From Salisapilia sapeloensis CBS 127946 (lineage: Eukaryota > Protista > Oomycota), in the NCBI GenBank assembly GCA_023334545.1, contig JAADVB010000043.1, positions 33,878 through 97,877 on the forward strand: DNA of 64,000 nucleotides. Direction: 5' to 3'. Each line of letters starts with the position of its first letter. Position 1 is the stretch's first letter. The notes under the pieces were generated by a model that was given only the letters and a program-made list of their open reading frames with translations, searched no databases and was not told the DNA's origin. A program made the position numbers and the translations under genes. Below are positions 43,390-56,204 of the stretch, one piece after another.

Positions 43390-46300
43390 TTACCTACCCT
43401 TTTGCGAGATCAGAAGTGGGACCGTCTTCACGACGGCCACTATCTCGACGATGAAGCAAGTAAATGAGATTTCTGCCTGACGAAAGCGCAAGCTAGACAT
43501 GTTAAATTTATCGATGGGATTGTAAATGAATAAGACGTTTTCCTTGTATGTTAAATTTAGACTCTGCTCCATCTTGTCACTATCCATGTTAACGGTATCG
43601 ACCACGATTCGGACGATCAAAGTCCATTGCCTAGCGTCATTCCTCATCGTAAACTTGAGCTTTTCAAAGATATTTAATGCGTAATGTACCTGTCGTACGA
43701 CGCTATCGACGTTACGGGCGCTACTTGTGCGCATCGGACGCTTCTTCCGAGTTGTCTCGGTCTTATTCACTAGCATGCGACCTCGGTTACCAAGGAATGG
43801 CAATGTGATTTTTTGTCTGTATCATCCAAAACGATACATGTCAGCTAGATTTTACTTGTAACAGGAAAGACGTACCGATCATATGCAGGCATTTTGAAGC
43901 CTGCTCGGAAGACAAAGTCATCATCTCCTTGCTCATATCCCTAATAGCAATGCCATGAGTATCATCCGTGCACAAGTATCCAATCGAAGCTACAAACCGT
44001 GTAATCATCATTCGATTCGTGATGGTAGCAATTGGTAGGAACCAACGAATCGGAGTATCCATCAGGGAGCGCACCAGCTTCTTTTATCGTCATTGAAACC
44101 GGAACAGGCCGACTGCAAGCAATGCACATCACTGGTTTGGTACCCAATGCAGTGCTTTCGTGATTATCGATATGTATGCCCAGCGATAACTCGGCACGAA
44201 GATCTTGTAATGCCAAGTCCATCCGAGCTTTCATTTGATCTGCCATCTCTTTCTTTAGCCTAGCCATCTCTTCGGCGGTAAGGTCCTTGGCATCATCCAA
44301 TCGATCCTCCATTTTACGCGAAAAGTTTTCCAGCAGCACCCTGTAGTTCGCATTTGCCACTGGTGGTATCGTACTCGATATTCCATTATTGTCGCTGCCC
44401 TTTTGCTGCTGTCCCTTTGCATTATTTAAAGCAGCACTTCCAACTTTCTTTATCAACTCATTTAAGAAGTCATCATAAAGTTGCTTCGTATCGTGACTTA
44501 AAGCGGAAGGACCACCAACCAAGTGATCATACAAATCCTTCACTAGCGCTTGCCGATTGCGAACTCCAGTTGGCGTATCCATTCGGCCGTCTGAGTTTCC
44601 ACCTGTGCTACCATCACTTACTTGTTGCTGTAATTCCTCCATCGCTTTCTTTACTTTATCCAACTCTGCATCCAAATCTTGCTTCAACGTGTCTAAGCCT
44701 CCTAATATTCGGGCATCCTTGCCTGGGGAAGTGGATGGTCGATTGCTCAGCCCATCCACTTCCGACAAGACAACCGAGTTCACTTCATTCAATTTCTCTA
44801 CATCGTCCTCCAGAGCTTGTACTCTTCTCGTTGCACCCACTAATCGAAGTTCCAACTCTCGAATTAATTCCGAGTTATCGTCGTGAGAGGGCATTAAAGC
44901 TGATGAAGTTGTGGCACCAGATTCTTGTCCTGCAGCACCATTTGATTGCTGTAGCTGGTCAATATTTTCAACAGTAACACGATGGCTATAGCGGCGACGA
45001 AGGTTGTAATTTTTATGCCATAACGACCAGAGATGCTGGATTTGCTCACGCATTTTATCCAGCGATTTGATGAGCGGATCGTTTCGAAGCTCTGTTCCTT
45101 TATTCACTTGTAATGTCGCATCTGTCTCCTCATCAAGGTGCTTTAACTTGCGAATAAAGTCATTCACTCGTTCTTTCTCTTTGCCGTTCGCGTCTTGTAG
45201 TATCCTGAGAGGAATAGATTTTGTACTTACACCTTCTTGTAAGCTTTGAATCTCATTCAAAAGCGCTCGCAATGCCTCTTCAATGGATAGTGGTGTGTTG
45301 ATGAGTGGTGTCATGGACAACAAAGTGCGACGTTGCTGTCGTTGTAATTGTTCGAGCTCCTGCATTAACTCATCCGTGCAAAGTCCGCGCAACAAACGAT
45401 CCTCTACTGATTCCAATTCCTTCCTCCATTCCACTAATTGTGGCTTTATATGTTCTTGGTAGGACTGGTTACGATTTAGTAGCTCTTTCTGGAGTGAAAG
45501 CTTGGATTCAATAAGACGTAGCTGATGGAACTCATGGAACGTAGCGCCGTTGCGAAGAGCATCGATTTGAGCTTGCTGGTCCTGAATACCGACAAGCATC
45601 TTTTCCATATTTTCCTGGGCTGCTCCCATGTCTTCTTCGGTACTGCGTCGGAGGTCGGCAATTTTGGTAAACACGAACGACAAGTCCGGCACGGATGGTG
45701 CTACAGCTGCGCTCGTTGTTCTTGTTTTCGATTCATGTCCATCCTCTTCGCCAGAAACCTCGTTTGCTGGTTTCCCATCAGAACTACTCATTTCATTTTG
45801 ACCTTTGTCTGAAGTTTCCAATGCATTTCTTTGTAAGTCCGCATTAAACTTGAGTTGCATGTCAATGTCATCTAAGGATCCACGTATGCTACTGTTGTCT
45901 CTCTTCAGCTTGTCAATATCTTGTCCGTGCGTTTTGAGTAGTCCAGCATGATCAACGGACTCCTGGTGTAATTCATCCAAAAGTTTCTTTAGCTCTTCCA
46001 TCTTGGCCGTAAGCCTGGTTTGATCCTGACTGACAGCTTCGACAAGCTCACGCGACTTGCTGTCATCATTTAGTGACTTTGGAGTATTCTTTCGAGACAA
46101 TGATCGGTTCGAATCATTCGACTTTAGGGGAGGTGGCGATACGGGTGAGGCTTCCAGCAACGCATCTATCTTTCGTAGCTTGTCAGTGTGTTCCTGCAGA
46201 CGATTGTCATGCCTTCCAAACTGGTCTCGAAAAGCCTTCTTCAATTCCTCCATTTGGTTAAGAGCATCTTTTAAACTATCGTCACTAGCTCCTACGGTTT

Positions 46301-47190
46301 CTACAAGATCTGAATATATATACAATTGTAATTCTTGTTTCTAGTGTACCTTTGGCGGCGCCATCGGCATCGGGTTTACTCGCCTCACTGTCGTCATGAG
46401 CTGTATCTGCAACCAATTGGTCACTTGAGTCGAATGGAGAGGAGTTCTGATGATTCGAAGCCAATAATTCAGCCAAACGACTTTCAAATGCAGCCAGTAA
46501 TTCTGCTTTTGCTTTCTCAAGATCCTCTGGTAGCACGTACGCACTCTTTGTCAGCACCTGCTCATCAGAATGCTTATCTTCCATAGAGCGTCCTGTGCGA
46601 CTCGAAGCAGTACTTCGAGCAGATTCATTTCCTGTCTTTGCTTCTACTACTTCCTCCACCTCGTGCTCTTCACTGTTTTCAATGCCTCCATCGTTATGAG
46701 ATCTCGGTGGATCATCCCCCTTGGCGTTCATCTGCTCACCAAGTTGATCCAACTGCGCCTTCATATCATCCATTGCTTGTGCCATGTTCTTCTTCTCCGC
46801 ATCCGATCGTTCTAACTCACCTTTTAGCTCTTCCACTTTCTCCGACATGTCCTTCATGCAGCCACTCGTGTCACTCTGCTTTGCTTGTTGCTTCGCAACA
46901 TACTTACTTAGCTCTCGAAGGGCATTGAGCAGCGGATCCCAAGACAAACGACAAGCAATCAACTCTTCTCCAAGAAGTGAAGTAAACTTGGCAGGATCGA
47001 AGTAGTCATCTACTGATTCAGAGTCTTCGACTTGTGGTACATCATTCTGCTTTTCACTACTGTTCGCTTCCTCATTGTTACTCTTTTCAATAGTCGGAGC
47101 TTCAATGTCTACTTTCTGGTCATCAATCTCTTCAACCACGTCACTCGCACCAACGTTAGTGTCATCTATCGGTACAGGATCCTCGTCCAT
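43390..47190 (-). CDS. Large coiled-coil protein with a C-terminal CxxCxRP motif (DUF4795 / QRICH2 / C16orf96-like)
   Basis: ORFs 46285-47205 and 43962-46325 join via AAAG|GTACAC..CAG|ATCTT. Heptad-rich; ESTALGTKPVMCIACSRPVP, then small exons (DDFVFRAGFKMPAYDR; QKITLPFLG). 3' end approximate. Confidence 0.6.
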
Positions 47191-47396
47191 ACCAGCTACG
47201 TTCACCTACGGACCTAGAGTTCTTCACTAGACGCTGTCAATCAGGTCAATGCGCCCAAGGTGTTACAATCCCACTCGATGTCTATTTATGTCTATCAGAT
47301 TATCTTTTATTTTTAGCTCTTTAAAGTAAGCGATCCTTTCTCTCAACCTGCATGTGTATCCTTCGGGCGACTTGACGATGCCATTCTTTTATTTCA

Positions 47397-49445
47397 TTAT
47401 CTGTCCAAAGGTTTGTCTTGCACGACATCAAAAGCAGGTGTGAGTCCATCATACGACCGGACACTCCAGCCTAAGAAAACCTTGTAGTCTCCGTTCACTT
47501 TGATGCGATATCGACCTGGAGGTGTATCCTTCGGAATTACCCATTCAATCGTAACAACAGAGGCAAATAATCCCTTTCTTTTCCAATGGAAAAACGTGTT
47601 CGGATCGCCATCGTCCGCGTAGAGTGTCCATTCGCCTTCTTCCTCTGACTTGAGACGATGAATTTCCAAAAACGTATCTTGCGTCCGAAGGCTATTCTTT
47701 GGATGAGCAGCATGGAAACTCACGGACACGGTGTCTCCAGCCTTGTACTTCTCCTCCACACTTTCCCCTTGGATGGTGCTACCGTACGAGACATTAGAGA
47801 TCAAGCCATCTCGTATCACTGGCAAGTTGTAGTCCCACGCACCAACACCTTTAATCGACGGAGGTGAAAGCGTCTTAAAGTCTTCACACTCTTCTAAAGC
47901 GTACAGCTCTCGTGCCAAAATGTCAAATTGCTGGCACGTGGCACTCAGTTGATTCGGTCCAAAGTGCGTCGAGGCACCTTCATAGCGTTGGACGGCATAC
48001 TCCTCTCGTGTCGTCAAGTACCCACAGTACGCGTTGCTTAGTCCTGAGATAATCGGTTCGTACGTGCGGACACCTAGTTCGGACAATATACAATGCAAGC
48101 GTGATCGCAATCGACGTCCGGCCATGGTGGTCATTTCAAACGGAACCCCGATGAGAGGAAGTTCATCCCCAATGACAATCAGTTGCAATGGAAGACGAGA
48201 TGGAGACAAGCCATACCGTTCTGTCGGAAACACGACTGGTTTCTCCTTTTGTAAAGACTGGAGCTCTGGCATGGTCGTGAACTTTGGGTAATTGCCCCAC
48301 TGGACACCTTCCGGAACGGCTGATACACCTCGTCCGTCGAACGTTGTGCCACCAATCATGGACACGCCGATGCATCCCGAGGACGTGCAAGTGCCACATT
48401 CCTTGTACTCTTGCCACTGATCCTTCAGTTCGATGGTACCAAAGTCAGCGTACTGGTGGATGTGTCGAATGTGTCCTGAGACTGGCTTGGATTCGAGAGC
48501 TTGCTTGTACAGATCTCTCGCGGTGTCGAGCTGAGCAGATGCGACCGTCACCATGCGGTCCTTGTCCTGATACTCTGTCTCGGACTGACGAGGACCAGCG
48601 ATATTGGGACTCACGTCGCCTTCATTGCTTTGTGCAAAGGCAGCGACGAAGGCCTTTGGATGATCGAGAATGTGATTTGTCCCAAAGTCTTTCTCGAAGA
48701 CATGTGCAGCATAGCCTTTATTGTCCCCAGTGATAAGCGTATACCAATTGCCCATACTCGTTGGATGGACTGCAAACCAATTAATCATACCAATCGGTTC
48801 ACCGTCCGTCGTGTCTAATCTCCATAATGTCATTTGCTTGTCCGTATCGTGTTTATACTTGCTTCGTTCCTCTGCCGGATTCGCTTCATACGCTTCAATC
48901 GACCGGTTGATCGATGCACCGAGGCATTCACCTTGTGCAACTCGAATAACACCGGGCGTCAGGTTCTGGTACGCACGCTGAATGGCTTGGAGAATGCCAT
49001 CCACAACGCACTCAAAGTTTTGCTTATCAGCGCCACTCAATGGCGGATGGAGGCTGTAGATAAAGTAGTGCGATAGACCTCCTGGAGCACAATGTGTGTG
49101 GGTCGCACTAATCATCACGTTTTCTCGTGTATATGTATTCGGTGGGATAATCGATGCGAACGGTTCTTCTTGTAGTCGCTGTAGCACAGTCTGCGAAACC
49201 CACTCGGAGATCATACCGAGGTCTGCTACGACGTAGACAAAGTGTTCGTTGCTCGGAACATGGTGAAAAGCGAACGCACGAGCTCGTAGTCGCATGTGGA
49301 TGCCAGACGTGAGCTGACCGGACTTGGCGTATCCGAACATACCGACTTCGGCTGCCGGTCCGGTGATGTCATACATGCCAGCACCAATGCATAGGTCACT
49401 GCTGGACGCCGGGATGCGTTCCTTTGCAGTCTTGTCGGATTGCAT
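47397..49445 (-). CDS. Neutral/alkaline (non-lysosomal) ceramidase
   Basis: GAGMYDITGP, GIHMRLRARAF, SATHTHCAPGG, INRS, WFAVHPTSM, NEGDVSPN, EMTTMAGRR, Y..TREEY..QRYEG.ST.FGP and a C-terminal Ig-like domain. Start at ATG 49445 or up to 49571. Confidence 0.92.
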   Translation of the reverse strand: MQSDKTAKERIPASSSDLCIGAGMYDITGPAAEVGMFGYAKSGQLTSGIHMRLRARAFAFHHVPSNEHFVYVVADLGMISEWVSQTVLQRLQEEPFASIIPPNTYTRENVMISATHTHCAPGGLSHYFIYSLHPPLSGADKQNFECVVDGILQAIQRAYQNLTPGVIRVAQGECLGASINRSIEAYEANPAEERSKYKHDTDKQMTLWRLDTTDGEPIGMINWFAVHPTSMGNWYTLITGDNKGYAAHVFEKDFGTNHILDHPKAFVAAFAQSNEGDVSPNIAGPRQSETEYQDKDRMVTVASAQLDTARDLYKQALESKPVSGHIRHIHQYADFGTIELKDQWQEYKECGTCTSSGCIGVSMIGGTTFDGRGVSAVPEGVQWGNYPKFTTMPELQSLQKEKPVVFPTERYGLSPSRLPLQLIVIGDELPLIGVPFEMTTMAGRRLRSRLHCILSELGVRTYEPIISGLSNAYCGYLTTREEYAVQRYEGASTHFGPNQLSATCQQFDILARELYALEECEDFKTLSPPSIKGVGAWDYNLPVIRDGLISNVSYGSTIQGESVEEKYKAGDTVSVSFHAAHPKNSLRTQDTFLEIHRLKSEEEGEWTLYADDGDPNTFFHWKRKGLFASVVTIEWVIPKDTPPGRYRIKVNGDYKVFLGWSVRSYDGLTPAFDVVQDKPLDR

Positions 49446-50938
49446 GTGTTGATTGTCTGACAAGTCTCGTGTGTCTACTATCAAGTGTGTTTGTGTGCGA
49501 AAGGACAAAAATGATTGCTTCTTCCAGGTCTTTATGTGATTTTCATCTGGTTCGAGAATTTTTTCTTTCACTATCTCCTATGGCTATCTTTAATGTATTT
49601 ATTATAGTTGATGCTGCTATTGCAGCATTTAGTCGGTAGAGGGAAGTTTCGGCGAAGTGGCTTGGCAGAGCAGTAAATGACCACGCCATCTTCTCTTCGA
49701 GGAAGAATGGGGCGCAATCTTTGAAAGATGTTGACGCTTGGTCTTATGGAAAATGCTTGATGTTCTAAAGTGAATGGTAGTACGTTAGGATTGGATATTT
49801 CTGAAGAGGTCTTGACAGAGCTCAAGAAAATCTTTATAAAGTGAGCTACCTTCATTGATCTGAGCTAGGAGGATCGTCAGATAGTAAGATATAAGGATGG
49901 GCATCACGAAGCGGGCATGTCTCATGTCGATGATTTTTCATCTTACCGGATGTACAGCTGCGTTCGACAGGTGCATTGCCATCCTTGGCCTCATTTCCAC
50001 GAAAAGGATTTTGTATGTAGTAGCAGATCTTTAGTTGAACTTGTAGTTGACCTAGGATGGATTCTTTCTCATGGATGTTATCCTGTGCGCCCGATCGAGA
50101 CTGTGTTTTAATGTGGCTGCATCTCGCTATCGGTTCGTAATGGTCGAGAGTCAACAAAATTTCCCTTGTTCTGTCTTTAAATCGGCTTGTCAAGCTTCGG
50201 ACTATCTCAGGATTTAGGATATCACTTAACAGTGAACGATAATTTCGAGATCGCGTTCAAATTAACGAAGTAGCCTTTCACTTACAAGGAACAACTAGAA
50301 CACACAAATAAAGCTAGATGCGAAAGTGATTGCAAAAAAGCTCTGATATGAAACCGAGAACTGGTCATTTAGTCAGCAGAAGTCGCTCCTTTCCCAGGAC
50401 AAGTCCCGTGACAACTGCTGTCAGAATGTAGACGCACCGGACTATCGCATACAAAAACACAACTTCATTTGTGTGAGGCGAATTCTTTTCGTCACGGTGG
50501 CGATCTATGAGCGTATGACAGTTCCATCGACGGTATGATTTTCAGATTGATACATACTCCAATGTGTGCATCAATCTAAAGTGCCACTATAATCTTTATT
50601 CCAAATGCTCTCATCACCATTTCAGGCAGCGATACTTTCAGCTAAAACGATACTCAAGTCATCTCACTATGATTACTTCCTGTCGTATCTGTCCTCATCT
50701 TGTTCACTGTTACACTTTAGGTTATTGCACTAGGTTTCACTTCTTCGTTAGCTTTCTCTAATAGTCTACTTTGTGAATTTTAGTAAAAAGACGCTTTCAA
50801 GAAGATAACTCCATCGCTCAGTTCTTCTAAAACAAAAAGCGGAATTGTTGATTTTGTTGGAAGATGCTCTTTATCTGCGTATTCGGCAACCTTCTGTAGA
50901 GCAGTACCGGTTAGCATGTCATCCTTACAGAAGTCGAT

Positions 50939-52033
50939 CTACAAGTGTAGCATCCAGCACGTAATCAAAATTTGGACAGAGCATGAAAAAGCAAAAGTGA
51001 AGATAGACGGCTTGGTCGCGGAGTTTCCATCCTCTTGACCATCAGATTGAATATCAGACGGTGATTTTGTGCATCCTTGGGTGCAGCCGTCGTCAGTAGC
51101 AAATGTTATGCTCTTCCAATTCAGCGCCGCTATCTCTGGTTTTAACTCGCGACCAATCGTGTAGATACCGAATGCCGTTTCCACCGTTCCATCTTCCGAT
51201 GTTTTGTGAGGTTCATCAAAACCTTCAAAGTAATAGTAGTCGATGTCATGTTCCTCTGCCAGTCGAACAAAGTCATGCAGGTATGTCGCGGCATTTTCCG
51301 GCGTTGCATCGCTCGCATTCTCGCTCTTTCCATCCGATGCCCATCCGGTCTCACTTATAAACACCGACTTACCCATTTCATCTGCTTTATTAAGTAGATC
51401 CGAGTATTGTTGGTAAAACCGCGAAACGGCTTCATCCACGTCTTTCTTTTCCCAGAAAGGAAAGAAGTTGGCACTCACGACATCCACCGCTTCAATAAGC
51501 TCTGTGTTAGCAAGATAGACGTCACCAATGTCAGCGATCGTGATCGGAATGTCTGGCACCAAGTCCTTGATTTCATTAAAGTAACCAATGATGGCAGCCA
51601 CAGTCACATCTTCTCGGTACACAGCTTCGCTTCCAACGTGGATATGAGCGATGGTGTCGGAGGTAATGATGCCTTCATCTATCAAAGCTTTTAAGCGCTT
51701 TTTTTCTTCTTTAAAGCCAGCTCCGTCCTCGCCGACCCAAAGACCGAGATCAAGTTGGAAACCCATATCAAGAGCTTGCGGAATGACATTGGCGTCCTGA
51801 TCGCAGTCCATAAGACTGAAGAGCCGCAAGTTACTCGTCAGGCCCCTCAGCGTTTTCAAGTCTGCCGTGATATCTTCTGTAGTCTTGCATTTGTCTTTTG
51901 GAGCTGCCCAGTCCGCACCAGCTCGAGAGCTGTAGTTGATACCACGAACGCGAAAGTCTGCAGCAAACGTGCCAAGTATGGTGCTCGATACCGTCAAAGC
52001 AGCAAGTAAGACGGTAGATATGCCGTGAACCAT
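50939..52033 (-). CDS. Secreted, probably GPI-anchored glycoside hydrolase family 17 beta-1,3-glucanase/transglucosylase
   Basis: Signal peptide MVHGISTVLLAALTVSSTILGTFAA, GINYS, VGSEAVYR (acid/base Glu), ISETGWAS (nucleophile Glu), YYYFEGFDEPHK, hydrophobic C-terminal tail after a polar linker. Confidence 0.9.
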   Translation of the reverse strand: MVHGISTVLLAALTVSSTILGTFAADFRVRGINYSSRAGADWAAPKDKCKTTEDITADLKTLRGLTSNLRLFSLMDCDQDANVIPQALDMGFQLDLGLWVGEDGAGFKEEKKRLKALIDEGIITSDTIAHIHVGSEAVYREDVTVAAIIGYFNEIKDLVPDIPITIADIGDVYLANTELIEAVDVVSANFFPFWEKKDVDEAVSRFYQQYSDLLNKADEMGKSVFISETGWASDGKSENASDATPENAATYLHDFVRLAEEHDIDYYYFEGFDEPHKTSEDGTVETAFGIYTIGRELKPEIAALNWKSITFATDDGCTQGCTKSPSDIQSDGQEDGNSATKPSIFTFAFSCSVQILITCWMLHL

Positions 52034-52188
52034 CGTAGCAGAAGACGTGGAAACTTGGAAAATGAAGTATGAATCCAAATCTACTGAACCCCTGATATCT
52101 ATGTATTCATATGGACCTATTTATATTTGTATAAAAAACACATTTATGCGAGACGACACGAATTTCGAACAAGAAGTTGTCAAGCGTG

Positions 52189-55100
52189 ATGTTTGCGGCC
52201 GGAAAAGGAGCAAATGAAGCTAAAGACCATCCAGGTCGTCTCTCTACCTCGTCGGGTACACTTTACCAATGCTAGTACATGCGTTACATCTCTAAGAAGG
52301 TTGCTTGTATCAGTAGACTGGCTACGTGCTGGAAAAAGCTATCAAAAAACGAAAGATGAGGAAGAGCAGAGTGCATTGGCGACTGCATTAGTACCTCACA
52401 GTCATGAAAAGTCGTCAAAGCATCGAAAGCGGAAGCATGAGAAGAAGTCGGAAGATATGGTACTGGTCGTGCACAAGAAACATCGGAAAGACAAGAAGGA
52501 TCGGAAGGAGAAGCATAAAAAACATAAATCGCGTCGAAAGCATCATCGACGTCATAGACATAATCAGGACAGTCAAAGCAGCGATAGTGAAGGTGATAGC
52601 AAAGCTATTGTGCCTAGTTACGAAAGTCTTACGGTCGGTCCGTCAACTCATCACACAAATCTCGAGCTCGTACCAATGGAAACAGGGGCAATGGAAAAGC
52701 AGCTGACGCCTCCAAACGGTCTATATGAGCTTGATACACGTGGCGATCCCGACAACATTAATTACGGGTCACTGTATAATCCACCACTGTACCACTTAAT
52801 GTCAAAAAGCAGATTCCAGGCGCACCATTCCCACTCTTCATCCGTCTCTTCTGACAAACGTCCGAGCTCTACTTCTGGCCGGTACTTTGGTACGGAAGCA
52901 AGAAAACGAGAAAAGAAGTCTCGGACGGAGCGATTGCATCTAGCATACTCTAAGAGGCGTCTTGATCGACAGAAGAATGAGCGTAGTGAGAACGATAGAA
53001 ACGTTTTTTCAGAGTTCCAGTTCATTCCAGTGAGTGCAGTTATTGCCGGCGATGTACACGATCCTTCTGGAAAGCTCAACGACGCAGAAATGGAAGAAAA
53101 GGAGTGCTCCTTTATTCAACAAACGGATACGGAAAATGTGGAGCAATACCTCGTGCAGAAGAACAAGGAATTTAATATCCATGTGAATGCACATCCAAAC
53201 GACATCAAGGCATGGCTAGATTTCACAGCATTTCAAGAAAAGTCAGCTCGATTGAGTCGACGTCAGGGTGAACAGATATCCGAAATGGTTCTAGAGAAAC
53301 AGCGAGCTATCCTTGATAAGGCGCTAATAGCAAACCCAGACGACAGTGAATTGCGAAAAGTATACATACGACAGTTACTGCAGTCTATGAAGACGTCAAG
53401 AGAAGTACAGGCGGAAGACATTATAGAAAAACTACTGGAACAGGATCCATCCAATTGTAGTTTGTGGATGAAAAGGATCCAAGTCGATCAGCAGAACTTT
53501 GGTAGCTTTAGCGTCTCACATATACGTGAGTTATATGCCAGAGCAATGTATATGGTACGAAAGCATGGAGCATCTAAAGATGCGAAACGTACACATAGTA
53601 TTGCAAAGGACTTGCTTGACTTACACTTGCACATGTGTGCAATGGAATGGAAAATTGGACATCAAGAGCGTGCTATAGCCCAAGTACAAGCTTTGCTGGT
53701 CGTTCAAACTACTTTACAAAACAATCAGGATGCTTTTAACTTGTCAGATATATCCAGCCAAGTAAGCGCATTATGGACACAAGAAGACATCTGGTACGGC
53801 GATACACGCCATGAGGTACCGGGCATGACAGCGGAGCTAGTATCTCCATCTCAGAATAACTATGCAGCATATCTTCGGCAAATCGGCATTCAAACGATCA
53901 GGAAGGTAAACCCACCTGATGCAGTGCTTTCATCAGATCACCAGCATAATCTACTACAATCGTCTCAGGAATACCTGAGGCACCACGAGCGAATGCGACA
54001 TCAGTCTACTCTATCTGGAGAAGCAGTAACTAAGCAAGATGATCAAAAGAAGGAATCAACAGACAACTATATCTATAGCAATACTCTTGGATATCGTATC
54101 AAAGTGGAGGATGCGAATGAAAAGGCTGAGTATGAGCGGATTTTAAATGAGTTGAGAGAATCAGAGTATGGTCACTTGCGCGAGGAGGAAGAGAGACAAA
54201 GACAGGAGAAGAAGGACGCGATATTCGCTTCTGTCATTGAAAACGTGGAGGATCAAAGAGCAGCATATAAACCGGTTGGAATGGAAGATAAGTTCCTTCG
54301 ATGGCTGCTTTTAGAAGAAAAGATATCGTCGGAACAATGGCATCCTTGTCGGACGAATGATGGAGATGAGGAACAGTCTAGTATGGCTGTTCAAAGTGAC
54401 GATGTGCAACCTTTCCTCTTTCAGATACCAGACAGCCTCTTCCTTGATACTGTTTACAACTTGTTGAAAGTCATGGGCGTGTCGACAATGGATAGCGAAG
54501 ATACATACGCGTACATGGATGATTTCAACGCTTTTCCAGAGTTAATAGAGCCGATTCTGGACGCTCTAGATCCAACTTCACAAAACTCTCTTATTCTATC
54601 TGCAGAAGAACGCAAGAGTCGATTCCAAGAGGCCTTGTACGCCCCCGTTCGAGTGGATTCTGCTGTGCTGAAAGACCCATCGAAAGTCCAGTTCATTCGA
54701 AACGCGTTTAGTCAAGGTATAGCCGACATGAAGAAGATGGAGAAAGAACCACGACAGCTACAATGTACATGGATAGCATTCGAAGCACAAGTGTTGAAGT
54801 CCTTAGACCAAGACGAACGACAGAAAGCACTGCAAGCTATTCGACAGTATTGGAAACATAATATTTCTACGAGTCATAGCCCGCATTGGCAACTCATGTA
54901 TGCGTATGCACAGTTGGAAGCCTTCGTAGGGGATGTGGATACGTTGAAACAGATATGCAGCGCAATGATCCAGCCGAGCTCCGCCAGCTCTCCACAACTA
55001 TCACAGCAGCATCAGCCATTTACTTGTCTTCAGACTCAAAGTATAGTATTGTCAAAGACGAATCATTCTGATTGTACGATGTCTACAACGGAAGAACTCA

Positions 55101-56146
55101 AGCTACGAATGCTACAGGGAATATATCTGCTATGGTACCCTTGGCGATCTAATTGGGAAACGCTGCAGGCTTTACAGGAAAAGCACAGGGATGTACCTCA
55201 TCTGCTCTTGGAAGAGCTAAAGTGCATTATCGAAGCTGCTCAAGCAGAGCAAGATGTCGTGGAAATCTATGAAAATGGACTCAACAAAATTCTCAGCGAG
55301 ACATCAAGCACTTCCCCTGATATCCATGTAGCACGTTTCTGCGTATACAATATATGTCTAGCAGTGTGCTTCACAGAAGGCTTTGAAAAGGCGAATGAAC
55401 GCTTCCGACAGCTACTTTCTGATGAACGTTTAGATACATTACCGAGATCTGATCGCCGTTGGTTGTGGGCTGCATACTTGAACTTTTGCGATCAACAGTC
55501 TGAATTTCGACTTCTGAGACTGTCGCCACGAGAGTGGAGATCTGCCGTCTCCACTGCTGTTGAGCACTTTCCACTCGATCCATTCTTTCTCCGATTATTT
55601 GCTGATGCAGAGTCTGCAACGACGGTGTCGCAGACACTTCGGAAATACTTTGAGCGGGTGAAAGAGCGATCTAGACGCTACTTTCATTCGCCACAGATAG
55701 TAGAGTGGTTATTTGCTTTGCTGTGTGAGTTCCAACGACTAGAGCGAATGTCCATAACTCGACTTCAGATGGCAGCAGCTCTTGTGGATGGCCGTGAGAT
55801 GCAAAGATCTGTAGAGCGTAGGCCATGCTGTTTCTTTCACAAATGGGAGAAGAATCAGACTGGTATCAATCGTATTCGTAAAGTGCTTCATGAAATGATC
55901 ACGAGTAGTGACACGGAAGGATGTGCTATCGGATGGAGAGTGTTGATGCGTTTTGAGGTGGCAGCTGGCAAAGTGGAGAATGCGAAGAAGATACTTCGAC
56001 GTGGTATGGTCAAGTGTCCTTGGAGCAAGCAGCTATATTTGGATGGCATTCGAGTATTACGTCCGTACTTGAATGACGAGGAGAGCATGGAACTGATCGA
56101 CTTTATGACTGCGAAGGAAATTGTCATTCGAGAGACGCTTGATTAA
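52189..56146 (+). CDS. NRDE2: NRDE-2 family nuclear RNA-processing / RNAi factor (HAT repeats)
   Basis: Short exon 1 52189-52234, intron 52235-52316, then one long exon. DTRGDPDN..YG, FN.HV..HP.DIKAWL.F..FQ, Lys/His/Arg-rich region and C-terminal CPWSKQLYLDG. Confidence 0.85.
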
Positions 56147-56204
56147 TATAATCTTGGCAAATAGATATGAGAGGAAACTATTTTTATAATATCAAATCGT
56201 TGGA

